From the NCBI GenBank assembly GCA_965207735.1, contig OZ242296.1:4672001-4736000 (forward strand): a DNA stretch of 64,000 nt, written 5' to 3'. A model generated the notes under the pieces. It was not told the origin of the DNA and searched no databases. It was given only the letters and a program-made list of their open reading frames with translations. Below, in pieces: positions 19,505 through 28,275 of this stretch. The DNA comes from Candidatus Versatilivorator sp. GTDB lineage: Bacteria; Acidobacteriota; Terriglobia; Versatilivoradales; Versatilivoraceae. Both the position numbers and the translations under genes were made by a program. Position 1 is the stretch's first letter; each line of letters starts with the position of its first letter.

Positions 19505-20836
19505 ATGAGCATGGAAAACCAGTCCCTCGGTTCAATCATCAACCGGCGAGCCTTCGTGAAATCCGGTGCGGTCGCCGGACTTGGCCTGGCAGTCGGACAT
19601 CGGGCCATGGCCCACCAACCCTCCATGGATACGGTCCGGGTGGGATTCGTGGGCGTGGGCGGCATGGGGACCGGCCACATCCGGAACCTGGTCCGCATCG
19701 AGGGTGCGGCAATTACGGCTATCTGCGACATCCGGGAAGAGCACGCCAGGCGGGCCGCCGCCATGGTGCAGCAGGCCGGGCAGCCGGCGCCCAGGCTCTA
19801 TACCGGCGGCGAGCGCGATTTCGAGCGTTTGTGCGCCGAGGAAGACCTGGACCTGGTCTACACCGCCACGCCCTGGCGCTGGCATGTCCCGGTCTGCGTC
19901 GCCGCCATGAAGAACGGCAAGCATGCCGCCACCGAAGTGCCGGCGGCGGTCACGCTGGAGGAGTGCTGGCAGTTGGTGGAGACCTCGGAGAGTACCGGCA
20001 GGCACTGCGTCATGATGGAGAACTGCTGCTACGACCGGGTGGAGCTGATGATCCTGAAGATGGTTCGCCAGGGCCTGCTGGGAGAGCTGCTCCACGCCGA
20101 GTGCGGCTATCTGCACGACCTGCGCGACATGAAGTTCAGCGACGAAGGGGAGGGCCTATGGCGGCTGGCCCATTCGGTGACGCGCAACGGGGACCTCTAT
20201 CCGACACACGGGCTGGGGCCGGTGGCTCAGTGCATGAACATCAACCGCGGCAACCAGTTCGCCCGCCTGGTCTCCATGAGCAGTCCCTCCCGGGGACTCA
20301 ATCTGTTTGCGGAAAAGAAATTCGGCCCGGACAGCCCGGAGGCCCGAAAAAAGTATGCGCTCGGGGACGTGGTCACCACCCTGATCCGGACTGTCGAGGG
20401 ACAGACCATCGTGGTGCAACACGATACCGACTCCCCCCGGCCCTACAGCCGGGATATCAACGTGCAAGGGACCCGGGGCCTGGTGCGAAAATATCCCGAG
20501 GAGAAGATCTACATCGAGGGGCGCTCCCCGGAGCACCAGTGGGAACCGCTTTCCAACTTTGGCCCGGAGTTTGAGCACCCCTTGTGGAAGGCTATGCAAG
20601 AACAGTCCAGGGGAGCCGGCCACGGAGGCATGGACTACATCGAGGACTACCGTCTGATCCAGTGCCTGCGCCGGGGCACGCCGCTCGACATGGACGTGTA
20701 CGACGCCGCGGCCTTGAGTGCCGTATCTCCCCTGAGCGAGCGCTCCATCGCCAGCCGGAACCAACCGGTCCATTTTCCCGATTTCACCCGCGGCGCCTGG
20801 AAGAAGAGACAGCCCCTGGGCATCGTCTCCGCTTGA
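19505..20836 (+). CDS. Gfo/Idh/MocA oxidoreductase, GH109 alpha-N-acetylgalactosaminidase-like
   Basis: Tat motif NRRAFV; GVGGMG; ATPWRWH; EVPAA; YPTHGLGPV; GHGGMD. Confidence 0.9.
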   Translation: MSMENQSLGSIINRRAFVKSGAVAGLGLAVGHRAMAHQPSMDTVRVGFVGVGGMGTGHIRNLVRIEGAAITAICDIREEHARRAAAMVQQAGQPAPRLYTGGERDFERLCAEEDLDLVYTATPWRWHVPVCVAAMKNGKHAATEVPAAVTLEECWQLVETSESTGRHCVMMENCCYDRVELMILKMVRQGLLGELLHAECGYLHDLRDMKFSDEGEGLWRLAHSVTRNGDLYPTHGLGPVAQCMNINRGNQFARLVSMSSPSRGLNLFAEKKFGPDSPEARKKYALGDVVTTLIRTVEGQTIVVQHDTDSPRPYSRDINVQGTRGLVRKYPEEKIYIEGRSPEHQWEPLSNFGPEFEHPLWKAMQEQSRGAGHGGMDYIEDYRLIQCLRRGTPLDMDVYDAAALSAVSPLSERSIASRNQPVHFPDFTRGAWKKRQPLGIVSA

Positions 20837-20964
20837 GGGAGCAGGGCCAGGCACCTCTTTGCCTCCCTTGGTTTCTTGGAAAGACAAGACTCACCATATT
20901 GCAATTGCCGTTGAAAGGAAGCATCCTATCCTTGTTTCCTTACCCTCACTGCGAAGCGGATACC

Positions 20965-21189
20965 ATGCTTGCCAAGCTAACGTCCAAGAACCAGTTGACC
21001 CTGCCCAAAGCCGTGGTCTCCAACTTCCAGGGCACCGAGTACTTCGATGTCACTAAAGAAAATGGCCGCATCGTGCTGACACCGGTGCGTGTGAACCGCG
21101 CCGATGCCGTGCGCGCCAAGTTGGCTGAACTCGGCCTGTCCGAGGCCGATGTGTCCGAAGCCGTGGCATGGGCTCGTCGGGCACCATGA
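20965..21189 (+). CDS. AbrB/MazE/SpoVT family antitoxin
   Basis: MLAKLTSKNQLTLPK...GRIVLTPV. Confidence 0.9.
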   Translation: MLAKLTSKNQLTLPKAVVSNFQGTEYFDVTKENGRIVLTPVRVNRADAVRAKLAELGLSEADVSEAVAWARRAP

Positions 21190-21596
21190 CCGAGCTGCGC
21201 GTGGTGCTCGACACCATTGTGCTGCTGTCGGCCCTGCTGTTCCCCGCCGGATCGTTGTCCTGGTTGCGCCATGCCTGGCAGTCGGAAGCCATCCTCCCAC
21301 TGGTAAGCCGTGATACGACGGAGGAACTGCTCCGGGTGCTGTGCTATCCGAAGTTCCGCCTGACCGCCGCCGAACGAGAAGACCTGTTGGCCGATTACCT
21401 GCCCTGGTGCGAGACCGTGATCGTGTCGAAGCCTGCGGTGGTGCTGGAATGCCGCGATTCGGCTGACAGGCCTTTTCTCGAACTCGCGCTGGCGGGCAAA
21501 GCCGATGCCTTGGTGACAGGCGACGACGACCTGCTCGCCCTGGCATCGGTGTTTTCGGTTCCGATCCTTACCCCGAATGCAATAAGAGATCGCTGA
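21186..21596 (+). CDS. PIN family toxin
   Basis: VVLDT, CRDSADRPFLELA, ALVTGDDDLL; ATGA overlap with the antitoxin. Confidence 0.9.
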   Translation: MTELRVVLDTIVLLSALLFPAGSLSWLRHAWQSEAILPLVSRDTTEELLRVLCYPKFRLTAAEREDLLADYLPWCETVIVSKPAVVLECRDSADRPFLELALAGKADALVTGDDDLLALASVFSVPILTPNAIRDR

Positions 21597-21768
21597 AACA
21601 AAAGAAAAAGACAAAAGGAAAAGAGTTATCCACGAAGGGACACGAAGAACGACGAAGGGCCACTAAGGCGTTGAGGTTCACCGCGACGGGGTACCAAAGT
21701 CGCGAGAGGACTATCGATTTCCGATTGTTTCACTCTCGTATGAACCGCCCACCAGGGCGGGGGCCGAA
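21589..21768 (-). mobile_element. IS110-end element E5 (IS-free version of E1/E7)
   Basis: CTGAAACAAAAGAAAAAGACAAAAGGAAAAGAGTTATCCACG...TTGTTTCACTCTCGTATGAACCGCCCACCAGGGCGGGGGC. Confidence 0.8.
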
Positions 21769-21796
21769 CTCATTGGAAAACGTCTCCCGCTTTCCC

Positions 21797-23020
21797 CTAT
21801 TGCCGCTCGAGACGCCAGAAGACTCCGGTGACGGTTGCCGTGCCGGCAGCGATGCTCCCGTGGAGATAGGGAGTCAGGAACCGGTCCCGGGACAGTTCCA
21901 GGGTGGGTGCGGTAAAGGAGTGGCCAGGAGGCTTGGGAACCAGCTGGAAGCGGGTGGATTGGTTCATCCGGGACGTTCCTGAGGGAGTCCCATCCGCCCA
22001 GGTCTTTCCTCCGTCCAGGCTGATCCGCGCGAAAAGAGCCCCGTAACGCGGGCTCTGGTTGCTCGCCTGGTGGGTCACCACCACCAGGTTGTTCCCGGTC
22101 CAGAGAATGGTCCCCCGGTGCTCGTAGTAGCCGGTGAGGCTGCCGGGCACCTCCCGGAAGGTGCGGCCGCGGTCGTGGGACTCCAGCAGGAGGCCGTTCT
22201 TGTAGATGGAGGGCTCGTGGGAGGGCACATCGGCAGGGCTTCCGGTTTTCTCCAGCGTGGTCTTTCGATCCTCACCAGCCAGCAGCGGCCTCTGGATGCG
22301 GGTCATGGCCAGCAGATGGTCCGGGTTGGAGGGGTCGGCTGCCAGACCGACTTCACACACGAAGGGATGCATCAGGGTCGGATCTCCCCAGCTGGCCCCG
22401 CCGTCGGTGCTGCGAATCAGAAATAGACCCCCGATGTCCGCGTCCGGCCGGACCAGGCCTTCCTGCAGGAGGTTGGGGTCTCGATAATACCAAGGCAGAT
22501 AGCGGGCGCCGACGCCCAGCATCAAGGCCCCGTCGGGACTTTCCAGGAAGGTGTTGTAGTCGTCTCCCACCCAGTCGTAGGGCCGCTTTGAACCCGGGGC
22601 CAAGCCGGCGCCGTCCACCAGGGCCGCCGTCCAGCTCCGTCCCCGGTCCCCCGAATAGGAAACCGAAACCGCATCCTGAGCCGTCTGACCGGCCAGCCAC
22701 AGCCGGCCGTCTCGGGTGACCCCCAGGGCGAAGGCATTCTCCGCCTCGATCGCCTCCCAGGTCCGTCCGTTGTCGGTGCTCCTCACCAGCCCCCGTGTCT
22801 GGGTGTTGACATAGATCGACCCGTCGGGATGGCGGACGATCCCCAGCATCCCCCGCCCCTGCCCGCTTCCCGGAGGAACGATCTCCACCTGCCCCTCGAT
22901 TTCGACCCGCACCCGATGGTCCTCGGCCCGAGGGCCGCAGCCCGCACCACTGGCGCTGAGGACGGCGAACAGCGCAGTAAGAACCACGCTTTCCACGGAT
23001 ACAGGAATTAACCGGAACAT
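21797..23020 (-). CDS. BNR/Asp-box (sialidase-like) protein
   Basis: Asp boxes STDNGRTW, SGDRGRSW, STDGGASW, SHDRGRTF, SLDGGKTW; lipobox-like GAGC. Confidence 0.7.
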   Translation of the reverse strand: MFRLIPVSVESVVLTALFAVLSASGAGCGPRAEDHRVRVEIEGQVEIVPPGSGQGRGMLGIVRHPDGSIYVNTQTRGLVRSTDNGRTWEAIEAENAFALGVTRDGRLWLAGQTAQDAVSVSYSGDRGRSWTAALVDGAGLAPGSKRPYDWVGDDYNTFLESPDGALMLGVGARYLPWYYRDPNLLQEGLVRPDADIGGLFLIRSTDGGASWGDPTLMHPFVCEVGLAADPSNPDHLLAMTRIQRPLLAGEDRKTTLEKTGSPADVPSHEPSIYKNGLLLESHDRGRTFREVPGSLTGYYEHRGTILWTGNNLVVVTHQASNQSPRYGALFARISLDGGKTWADGTPSGTSRMNQSTRFQLVPKPPGHSFTAPTLELSRDRFLTPYLHGSIAAGTATVTGVFWRLERQ

Positions 23021-23077
23021 GATCGTGCCGCTTGTTTTTAACCCCCGAGGAATGACCTGCCTTGGTTGGCCCCCGTA

Positions 23078-23290
23078 TTTCAGGCCGGTCCGCCCCCCGC
23101 TCCGGGGATCATACAGAGGAGGAACAATCGACCGCCAATAAGGGCGAACCACGAATGAACACGAATAAGCACGAATGCGGATGGAGCTCCTTCAATGACG
23201 AGCGGCACCCGAATGCTGCAGCAATTATGTGACGTTGGTGCGACGACGTCGTGGGAGGAAGCCCCCCGGGAGCGCGGGCGTCCCGCCCGC
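23078..23290 (+). repeat. degenerate IS110-end junction followed by CACGAAT decamer repeats and a REP-like hairpin
   Basis: TTTCAGGCCGGTCCGCCCCCCGC...GGATCATACAGAGGAGGAACAATC; CACGAAT at 23150, 23160 and 23170; GCGGGCGTCCCGCCCGC. Confidence 0.6.
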
Positions 23291-23355
23291 ACGAATCCTG
23301 GCACAGCCTCGGCGATCTTCTCCACCCGGATCGACCGGACCCGACGCCATGGCTC

Positions 23356-24927
23356 TCATTCGGCCGGGCCGAACCTGAACGAATAGAGCCGGGCCTGCTG
23401 CAGGGTGAACCTCAATTGAATGACCTGTCCCTGCAGGTGACCGAGGCTGTCCTTTCCGTTCCACTCCACCACCTGGCGGGTCCGATCGAAGCGCTCCATC
23501 AGGCAATCATCCTTGCCGTAGCCCTTCAGGGGGAGGCCGTCGCTGCCAAGGATTTCCACATGAACCCTTCCCTTGGGGGCGGCGGCGTTGATGGTCAGGC
23601 GTTTCCCCTCGAAGGTGAAGGCCCTGGTGGTGAGGCTTCCCTCAGTCTTTCCGGCCTGGAGTGACACGAATCCGTCCATTCTGAGCTTGGCGAGACCGAT
23701 GCCGTTGGCCACGCGAGATACTCCGGTCGGGAGTCTGTGGTTGTGGTCCACCCCGAAGCCGGTGTAGTAGATCCAGATCTCGTCTCCCACCAGCAACGGC
23801 GCCTGCAGGGGATAGATGCTGCCCCAGTCGAAGTCTCCCGGCCTTTGGGAGAGCGGCAGGAACACCTGGCGGTCGCCGGCCCTCTGCCAGTGCCTGCCGT
23901 CCCGGCTGTAGGTGAGCTGCACCGCTCCCCGGCAATACTCGGGGTCGTAGCTGAAGACCGTCATCAGGCCCAGGCGCAGCCCCTCGTAAGCCAGAACCTC
24001 CATGTTGTAGAACTGGTCCCGATTGAGGGGATCTTGGGTGTCCGCTCCCAGGATGGGGCGGTAGTCGGTCCAGTGGATGAAATCCCGGCTGAGCGCCTGT
24101 CCCACTCGACGCAGGCTGTGGTTGCGGGGATGGCGCTCGCGCCCCGGGTCCCAGAGCTGCCGCCAGGTCTCCACCGCCTCCGGGTCGGTGGTGAGTTGGG
24201 GCCGCACCTCCGGGATGCGTCCGGTGCGGTCCCGCACGATGGCCACGTACTTGCCGAGCAGCCCGTCCCAATAGGGCACCATGTGGCTGTCGTGGCCGGG
24301 TGAAACGAACAGCACCGGATTCCCCTGGTTGTAGGGGGTCCAGTTCAAGCCGTCGGCCGAGTGAGAGGCGTAGACCTTGTATCCCTGCCACATGTGCAGC
24401 ATCTTGTACCGCCGGTCGGGATCGGGCTCCCTTTCGTCGAGGAAAACCCCGCTCGTCACCCCACTGTGGGGCATCACGATGTTGTTGTCCTTGCTGCCGC
24501 CCGATTCCACCCTTCCCAGCAGGGGCTTCTGCCAGTGGATACCGTCCCGGCTGGTGGCGTAGCAGAGCCGGGCCAGTTCGTCCCCTCCCTCTCCGGGATG
24601 CAGGCTGTACCAGATCTTGAACAGGCCCTCCCGCTGGTCGTAGAGGACGCTGGAAAACCCGATGAACATGCCGGCATCCCAGGCGGTGCTCTCCTTGGGA
24701 ATGCGGGACAGCAGGGGGTTGCCGGAGACCCTTTCCGGTTGATGCAGAACGCGGGAAAGCCCGGTCATCGATTGGGTGAGGGTGTCGTCGAGGAAGAGTT
24801 GCCGCCGGTTGCCCAGGGCCGGCGCCTCTTCGGGGGCGGTGCCGGGCGTTGGGGAACAGGCTGGAAACAGGCTGGAGGCCAGAAAGAGCAGGGCCGTACC
24901 GAGGGTCCACGGCTGCTTGAGCGTCAC
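23356..24927 (-). CDS. five-bladed beta-propeller glycoside hydrolase-like lipoprotein (GH32/43/130-like)
   Basis: RQLFLDD, ATSRDGIHW, SADGLNW, SRDGRHW, LRMDGFVSL; FPAC lipobox. Confidence 0.7.
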   Translation of the reverse strand: MTLKQPWTLGTALLFLASSLFPACSPTPGTAPEEAPALGNRRQLFLDDTLTQSMTGLSRVLHQPERVSGNPLLSRIPKESTAWDAGMFIGFSSVLYDQREGLFKIWYSLHPGEGGDELARLCYATSRDGIHWQKPLLGRVESGGSKDNNIVMPHSGVTSGVFLDEREPDPDRRYKMLHMWQGYKVYASHSADGLNWTPYNQGNPVLFVSPGHDSHMVPYWDGLLGKYVAIVRDRTGRIPEVRPQLTTDPEAVETWRQLWDPGRERHPRNHSLRRVGQALSRDFIHWTDYRPILGADTQDPLNRDQFYNMEVLAYEGLRLGLMTVFSYDPEYCRGAVQLTYSRDGRHWQRAGDRQVFLPLSQRPGDFDWGSIYPLQAPLLVGDEIWIYYTGFGVDHNHRLPTGVSRVANGIGLAKLRMDGFVSLQAGKTEGSLTTRAFTFEGKRLTINAAAPKGRVHVEILGSDGLPLKGYGKDDCLMERFDRTRQVVEWNGKDSLGHLQGQVIQLRFTLQQARLYSFRFGPAE

Positions 24928-24931
24928 GGGG

Positions 24932-25222
24932 TCACCCGTTTCCCTGTCCCGGGCCCTTTCGCCGCTGACCCCTGAGACTCCTGACCGAGAAGAGGATAAG
25001 GGTGATTGACAGCACCAGGCCGATCGCTATCCCGGAAAGGAGACCGTTGCCGAGCAGGAGATCGCTCCAGAGCTCTCCGTTGTGCAGACCCACCAACCAC
25101 TCCTTGGTCTGTTCGGAGTACCAGCCCTCACTTTCGTTGTGTGGGCGGAAGTAGAGAATCAGTCCGCTGAGCGCGGTCAGGCAGAAATGGATCGCAGTGA
25201 AGCGGTAGAACCAGATTTTCAT
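24932..25222 (-). CDS. small membrane protein (PepSY-associated TM-like)
   Basis: Two hydrophobic helices with LTALSG and LHNGE motifs; lies in the same operon. Confidence 0.55.
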   Translation of the reverse strand: MKIWFYRFTAIHFCLTALSGLILYFRPHNESEGWYSEQTKEWLVGLHNGELWSDLLLGNGLLSGIAIGLVLSITLILFSVRSLRGQRRKGPGQGNG

Positions 25223-25284
25223 CCCAGTCAGGTTCCTGCTGGCTCAGTCCCCGGCGGAGAGGACTAAAGGCTCGGTGAGGCAAT

Positions 25285-26124
25285 TCAGCTCGAAGGCAAG
25301 CTCAGCAGCTCCTCGGGGACATCCAGGTCGGCTCCGCCCTCCGGGGCCGGCAGCCGCAGCGCCCAGAGCACGGCCTGGACCGCCAGCCGGCGGTAGGGCT
25401 CCAGTCGCCAGTTCCTGTGGAAGTGCAAGCCGCTGAAGCCGAACGAGCGCCCCCCGTCGCCGCGTTCCCAGGCCCAGGCAACGGTCTCTCGTTGCTCCTC
25501 GATGTCCGCCTGCACCAGGGGGAAGATGCTCGAGGTGGGCTGCACGAACTTGAGGCGGTAGTAGAACTCGTCGTGCACGGTAAAATCGGAAATGCCGTGG
25601 GTGACCGGGTGGTTGGGCGCCGGGATCTTGGCCGTCACCTCCAGGGTGTCGTGCTTGCGGTCCGGTCCGCCATGGCAGCCGCCGAACAACTTGACGAAAG
25701 CGGCGATGTTCTTTGCCTCGACCGTGCCCATGCCCCAATGAAGCACTACCATTGCCCCGCCTTTGCGGGCGAATCGCTGCATGGCCGCCAGACGGTCGGG
25801 GTCGTTGCTCAACCACTTGGCCCCCTCAGACACGAAGAGCACCAGGCCGTCGGCCGAATCCAGCAAGGCCGGACCTTCGCTCCAGGGCTCGTCGGCCGCG
25901 ACCACTTCCGCCTCCAGGTCCGGAAACTGCTTCAGGCAGTGATCCAGGATCCGCACCCCCGGCAGGAACTCGTGGGTCCCGGGGGGATGGCCGTCAGGCC
26001 CCTGGCCGATCAGCAGCAGGCGGGTCTTATCGGGAGTAGCCGGCTCCTCGGGGCCACAGCCGGCAGACGCGACCACTGCCAGCAGAACCGCCAGCAAGCA
26101 GAAGTGAATTCTTGAATGACGCAT
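25285..26124 (-). CDS. ThuA domain-containing protein
   Basis: HPPGTHE, HPVTHGISDFTVHDEFYY, GRSFGFSGLHFH. Confidence 0.85.
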   Translation of the reverse strand: MRHSRIHFCLLAVLLAVVASAGCGPEEPATPDKTRLLLIGQGPDGHPPGTHEFLPGVRILDHCLKQFPDLEAEVVAADEPWSEGPALLDSADGLVLFVSEGAKWLSNDPDRLAAMQRFARKGGAMVVLHWGMGTVEAKNIAAFVKLFGGCHGGPDRKHDTLEVTAKIPAPNHPVTHGISDFTVHDEFYYRLKFVQPTSSIFPLVQADIEEQRETVAWAWERGDGGRSFGFSGLHFHRNWRLEPYRRLAVQAVLWALRLPAPEGGADLDVPEELLSLPSS

Positions 26125-26218
26125 GGCCTCGATCCTCAGCGAAACCGGAAGAGCCGTGCCCGATTCGCACCCGCCCGGACCGGGAAAGCTCCCCGGCAAC
26201 GGAACCCTTCACTAGGCT

Positions 26219-27244
26219 TTAGAAGTTGTAGTTGTCGATATTGTCGGCGTCGAAATTGAGCGGCGGGCCCAGGAGGACTTCCCCCTCCCGAACCTCCACC
26301 CCCGTGAGCCTGCCGAAGTCGTAGCGTCCCGGAGGCAGCGGTCCCTGCTTGAGCCGGTGAGCCACCCGAATGGTCAGATAACCCAGATCAACCGGATCCC
26401 AGAGGCAGAACTTCCGGACGGTGCCGTCCTTGACAAATTCCCGCATCTGCTCGGGCATGCCCAGCCCTGTCACCTCGATCTGCCCCACCTTGTCGGCGTC
26501 GCGCACGGCCTTGGCCACGGCGGGAAAGGAGACGGAAGTGATGCCCCAGATGCCTTTCAGATTCGGGTAGGCGCTGAGGGCCTCGGCCGTCTGCTCCTGG
26601 CATTTCTGCTGGTCCTCCCCGGGGGTCAGATGCTGGAGCAGATGCATCTCGGGATATTTCTCTCGAATCCGCTCTCGCATGTACTTCATCCAGGTGTTCT
26701 GGTTGGAGGCCGTGGGAGTGCCGCTGACGATGAGGTAGTCGCCCGGCAGAGAGGCGCCCTGGGCCCGGACGCCTTCGGCCATCAGATCCACCAGGGTGTG
26801 GCCGATGGCCCGATTGGGGGCCTGGTTCACGAAAACGGACCGCCGCGAGAGCTCGGGATTGGCATCGGTGTCCCAGGTGAGGACCAGGGCGCCTCTCTCC
26901 CCGGCGCTGCGTAGCGTCCGGGAGATGGCCTCGGGGTCGTTGGGAGCCACCGCGATCACGTCGAATCCCTGGGCCATCCACCCGTCGATCATCTTGATCT
27001 GGTCCTCGGTGCGGGCATCGGTGGGGCCGTCATAGACGAGCTCGACATCCAGCTCCCGGGCCGCTTCCCGGGCGCCCCGCTCGGTCGCTTCGAAATAACC
27101 GATCCCCACCAGCTTGGGGATCATGGCGATCCGCAGGGCTGCATCCCGATCGGGTCCGGCGCACTGGAGGCCCAGGGCGGCCAGCAGGACGGCCAACACA
27201 AAGCGCCCGGATCTCCTGCCACCGATGATGGTTCCGCGCTTCAT
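26219..27244 (-). CDS. sugar ABC transporter substrate-binding protein (RhaS/LsrB-like)
   Basis: PKLVGIGYF, VAPND, TWDTD, NQNTW, LWDPVDLGY. Confidence 0.9.
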   Translation of the reverse strand: MKRGTIIGGRRSGRFVLAVLLAALGLQCAGPDRDAALRIAMIPKLVGIGYFEATERGAREAARELDVELVYDGPTDARTEDQIKMIDGWMAQGFDVIAVAPNDPEAISRTLRSAGERGALVLTWDTDANPELSRRSVFVNQAPNRAIGHTLVDLMAEGVRAQGASLPGDYLIVSGTPTASNQNTWMKYMRERIREKYPEMHLLQHLTPGEDQQKCQEQTAEALSAYPNLKGIWGITSVSFPAVAKAVRDADKVGQIEVTGLGMPEQMREFVKDGTVRKFCLWDPVDLGYLTIRVAHRLKQGPLPPGRYDFGRLTGVEVREGEVLLGPPLNFDADNIDNYNF

Positions 27245-27282
27245 TGTCCCCCCTTCCCTCCGGCCCTGCAATAACAGCGGGT

Positions 27283-28275
27283 TTAGCCTTCCTTCTGGCT
27301 CCGTTGGTTCCAGACGGCAACCAGGATGAGCAGAATGCCGATGACGATCAGCCGGGATTCGGCAGTCAACCAGGACAATCTGGAGCTGAGGAACTGAAGG
27401 CCCACGTCCAGATGGGAGATGACGGCCAGTCCCAGCAACGAGCGGGGCACGCTGCCGCGGCCGCCGGTGATCAGAGTGCCTCCCACCACCACGCAGGCAA
27501 TCACCTGCAGCTCGGTTCCGATGTGGGCGTCCGGGATGGACGCGTCGTGCCGCATGGCTCCCAGAATGGCTACCGAGGCGGCCACCAGACCGTTGATAGT
27601 ATACAGAACACCGTCGACTTTGTTGACGGGAACGGCGGCAAAGCGCGCAGCCTGGCGGTTGTCACCCACGGCGTAGCACCAGCGCCCGAAGCGAGTGTGG
27701 TGCACCAGCAGAACCATGCCCAGGAAAACCAGCCCGGCCAGCCAGAACTGGCTCGGCACCCCCAGGAGCCGGCCCATATCCAGGAAGGACTGGGGAAAGC
27801 CGGCGATGCGGTCGCCGCCGGCGACGGTGATGGCCAGTCCACGATAGAGAGCCATGGTGGCCAGGGTCGCCACCAGGGGAGAGAGGCCGGCCACCACCAG
27901 CAGGCCGTTCAATCCCCCGGCCAGGGCACCGGCCAGCAGGGCGCCCCCGGCCGCGGCTTCAATGGGCCATCCCCAATCCTGCCACAGGATGGCTTGAACC
28001 ATGCCGGTGAGAGCCACCATGGACCCCACCGAGAGGTCGATGCCACCGGTGAGGATGATGGCCGTCATGACGAAGGCCAGGATTCCCACTTCGACCCATG
28101 GAACCCAGACCTCCATCAGCAGTTCCGGCCGCCGGACCTGGGAGAAGACCAGCAACAAAGCCAGGGCCAGCAGACCCCAGGGAAGCAGGCCGAACAACCG
28201 GCGGTTGGAGCGTTCGCCCGGCGGCGCGGGCGGGGAGGGCGCGGCTGCCGCACTCTCCTGTCTTGGCTGACTCAT
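27283..28275 (-). CDS. sugar ABC transporter permease
   Basis: GGIDLSVGS, ELQVIACVVVGGT; ATGA overlap with the upstream gene. Confidence 0.9.
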   Translation of the reverse strand: MSQPRQESAAAAPSPPAPPGERSNRRLFGLLPWGLLALALLLVFSQVRRPELLMEVWVPWVEVGILAFVMTAIILTGGIDLSVGSMVALTGMVQAILWQDWGWPIEAAAGGALLAGALAGGLNGLLVVAGLSPLVATLATMALYRGLAITVAGGDRIAGFPQSFLDMGRLLGVPSQFWLAGLVFLGMVLLVHHTRFGRWCYAVGDNRQAARFAAVPVNKVDGVLYTINGLVAASVAILGAMRHDASIPDAHIGTELQVIACVVVGGTLITGGRGSVPRSLLGLAVISHLDVGLQFLSSRLSWLTAESRLIVIGILLILVAVWNQRSQKEG

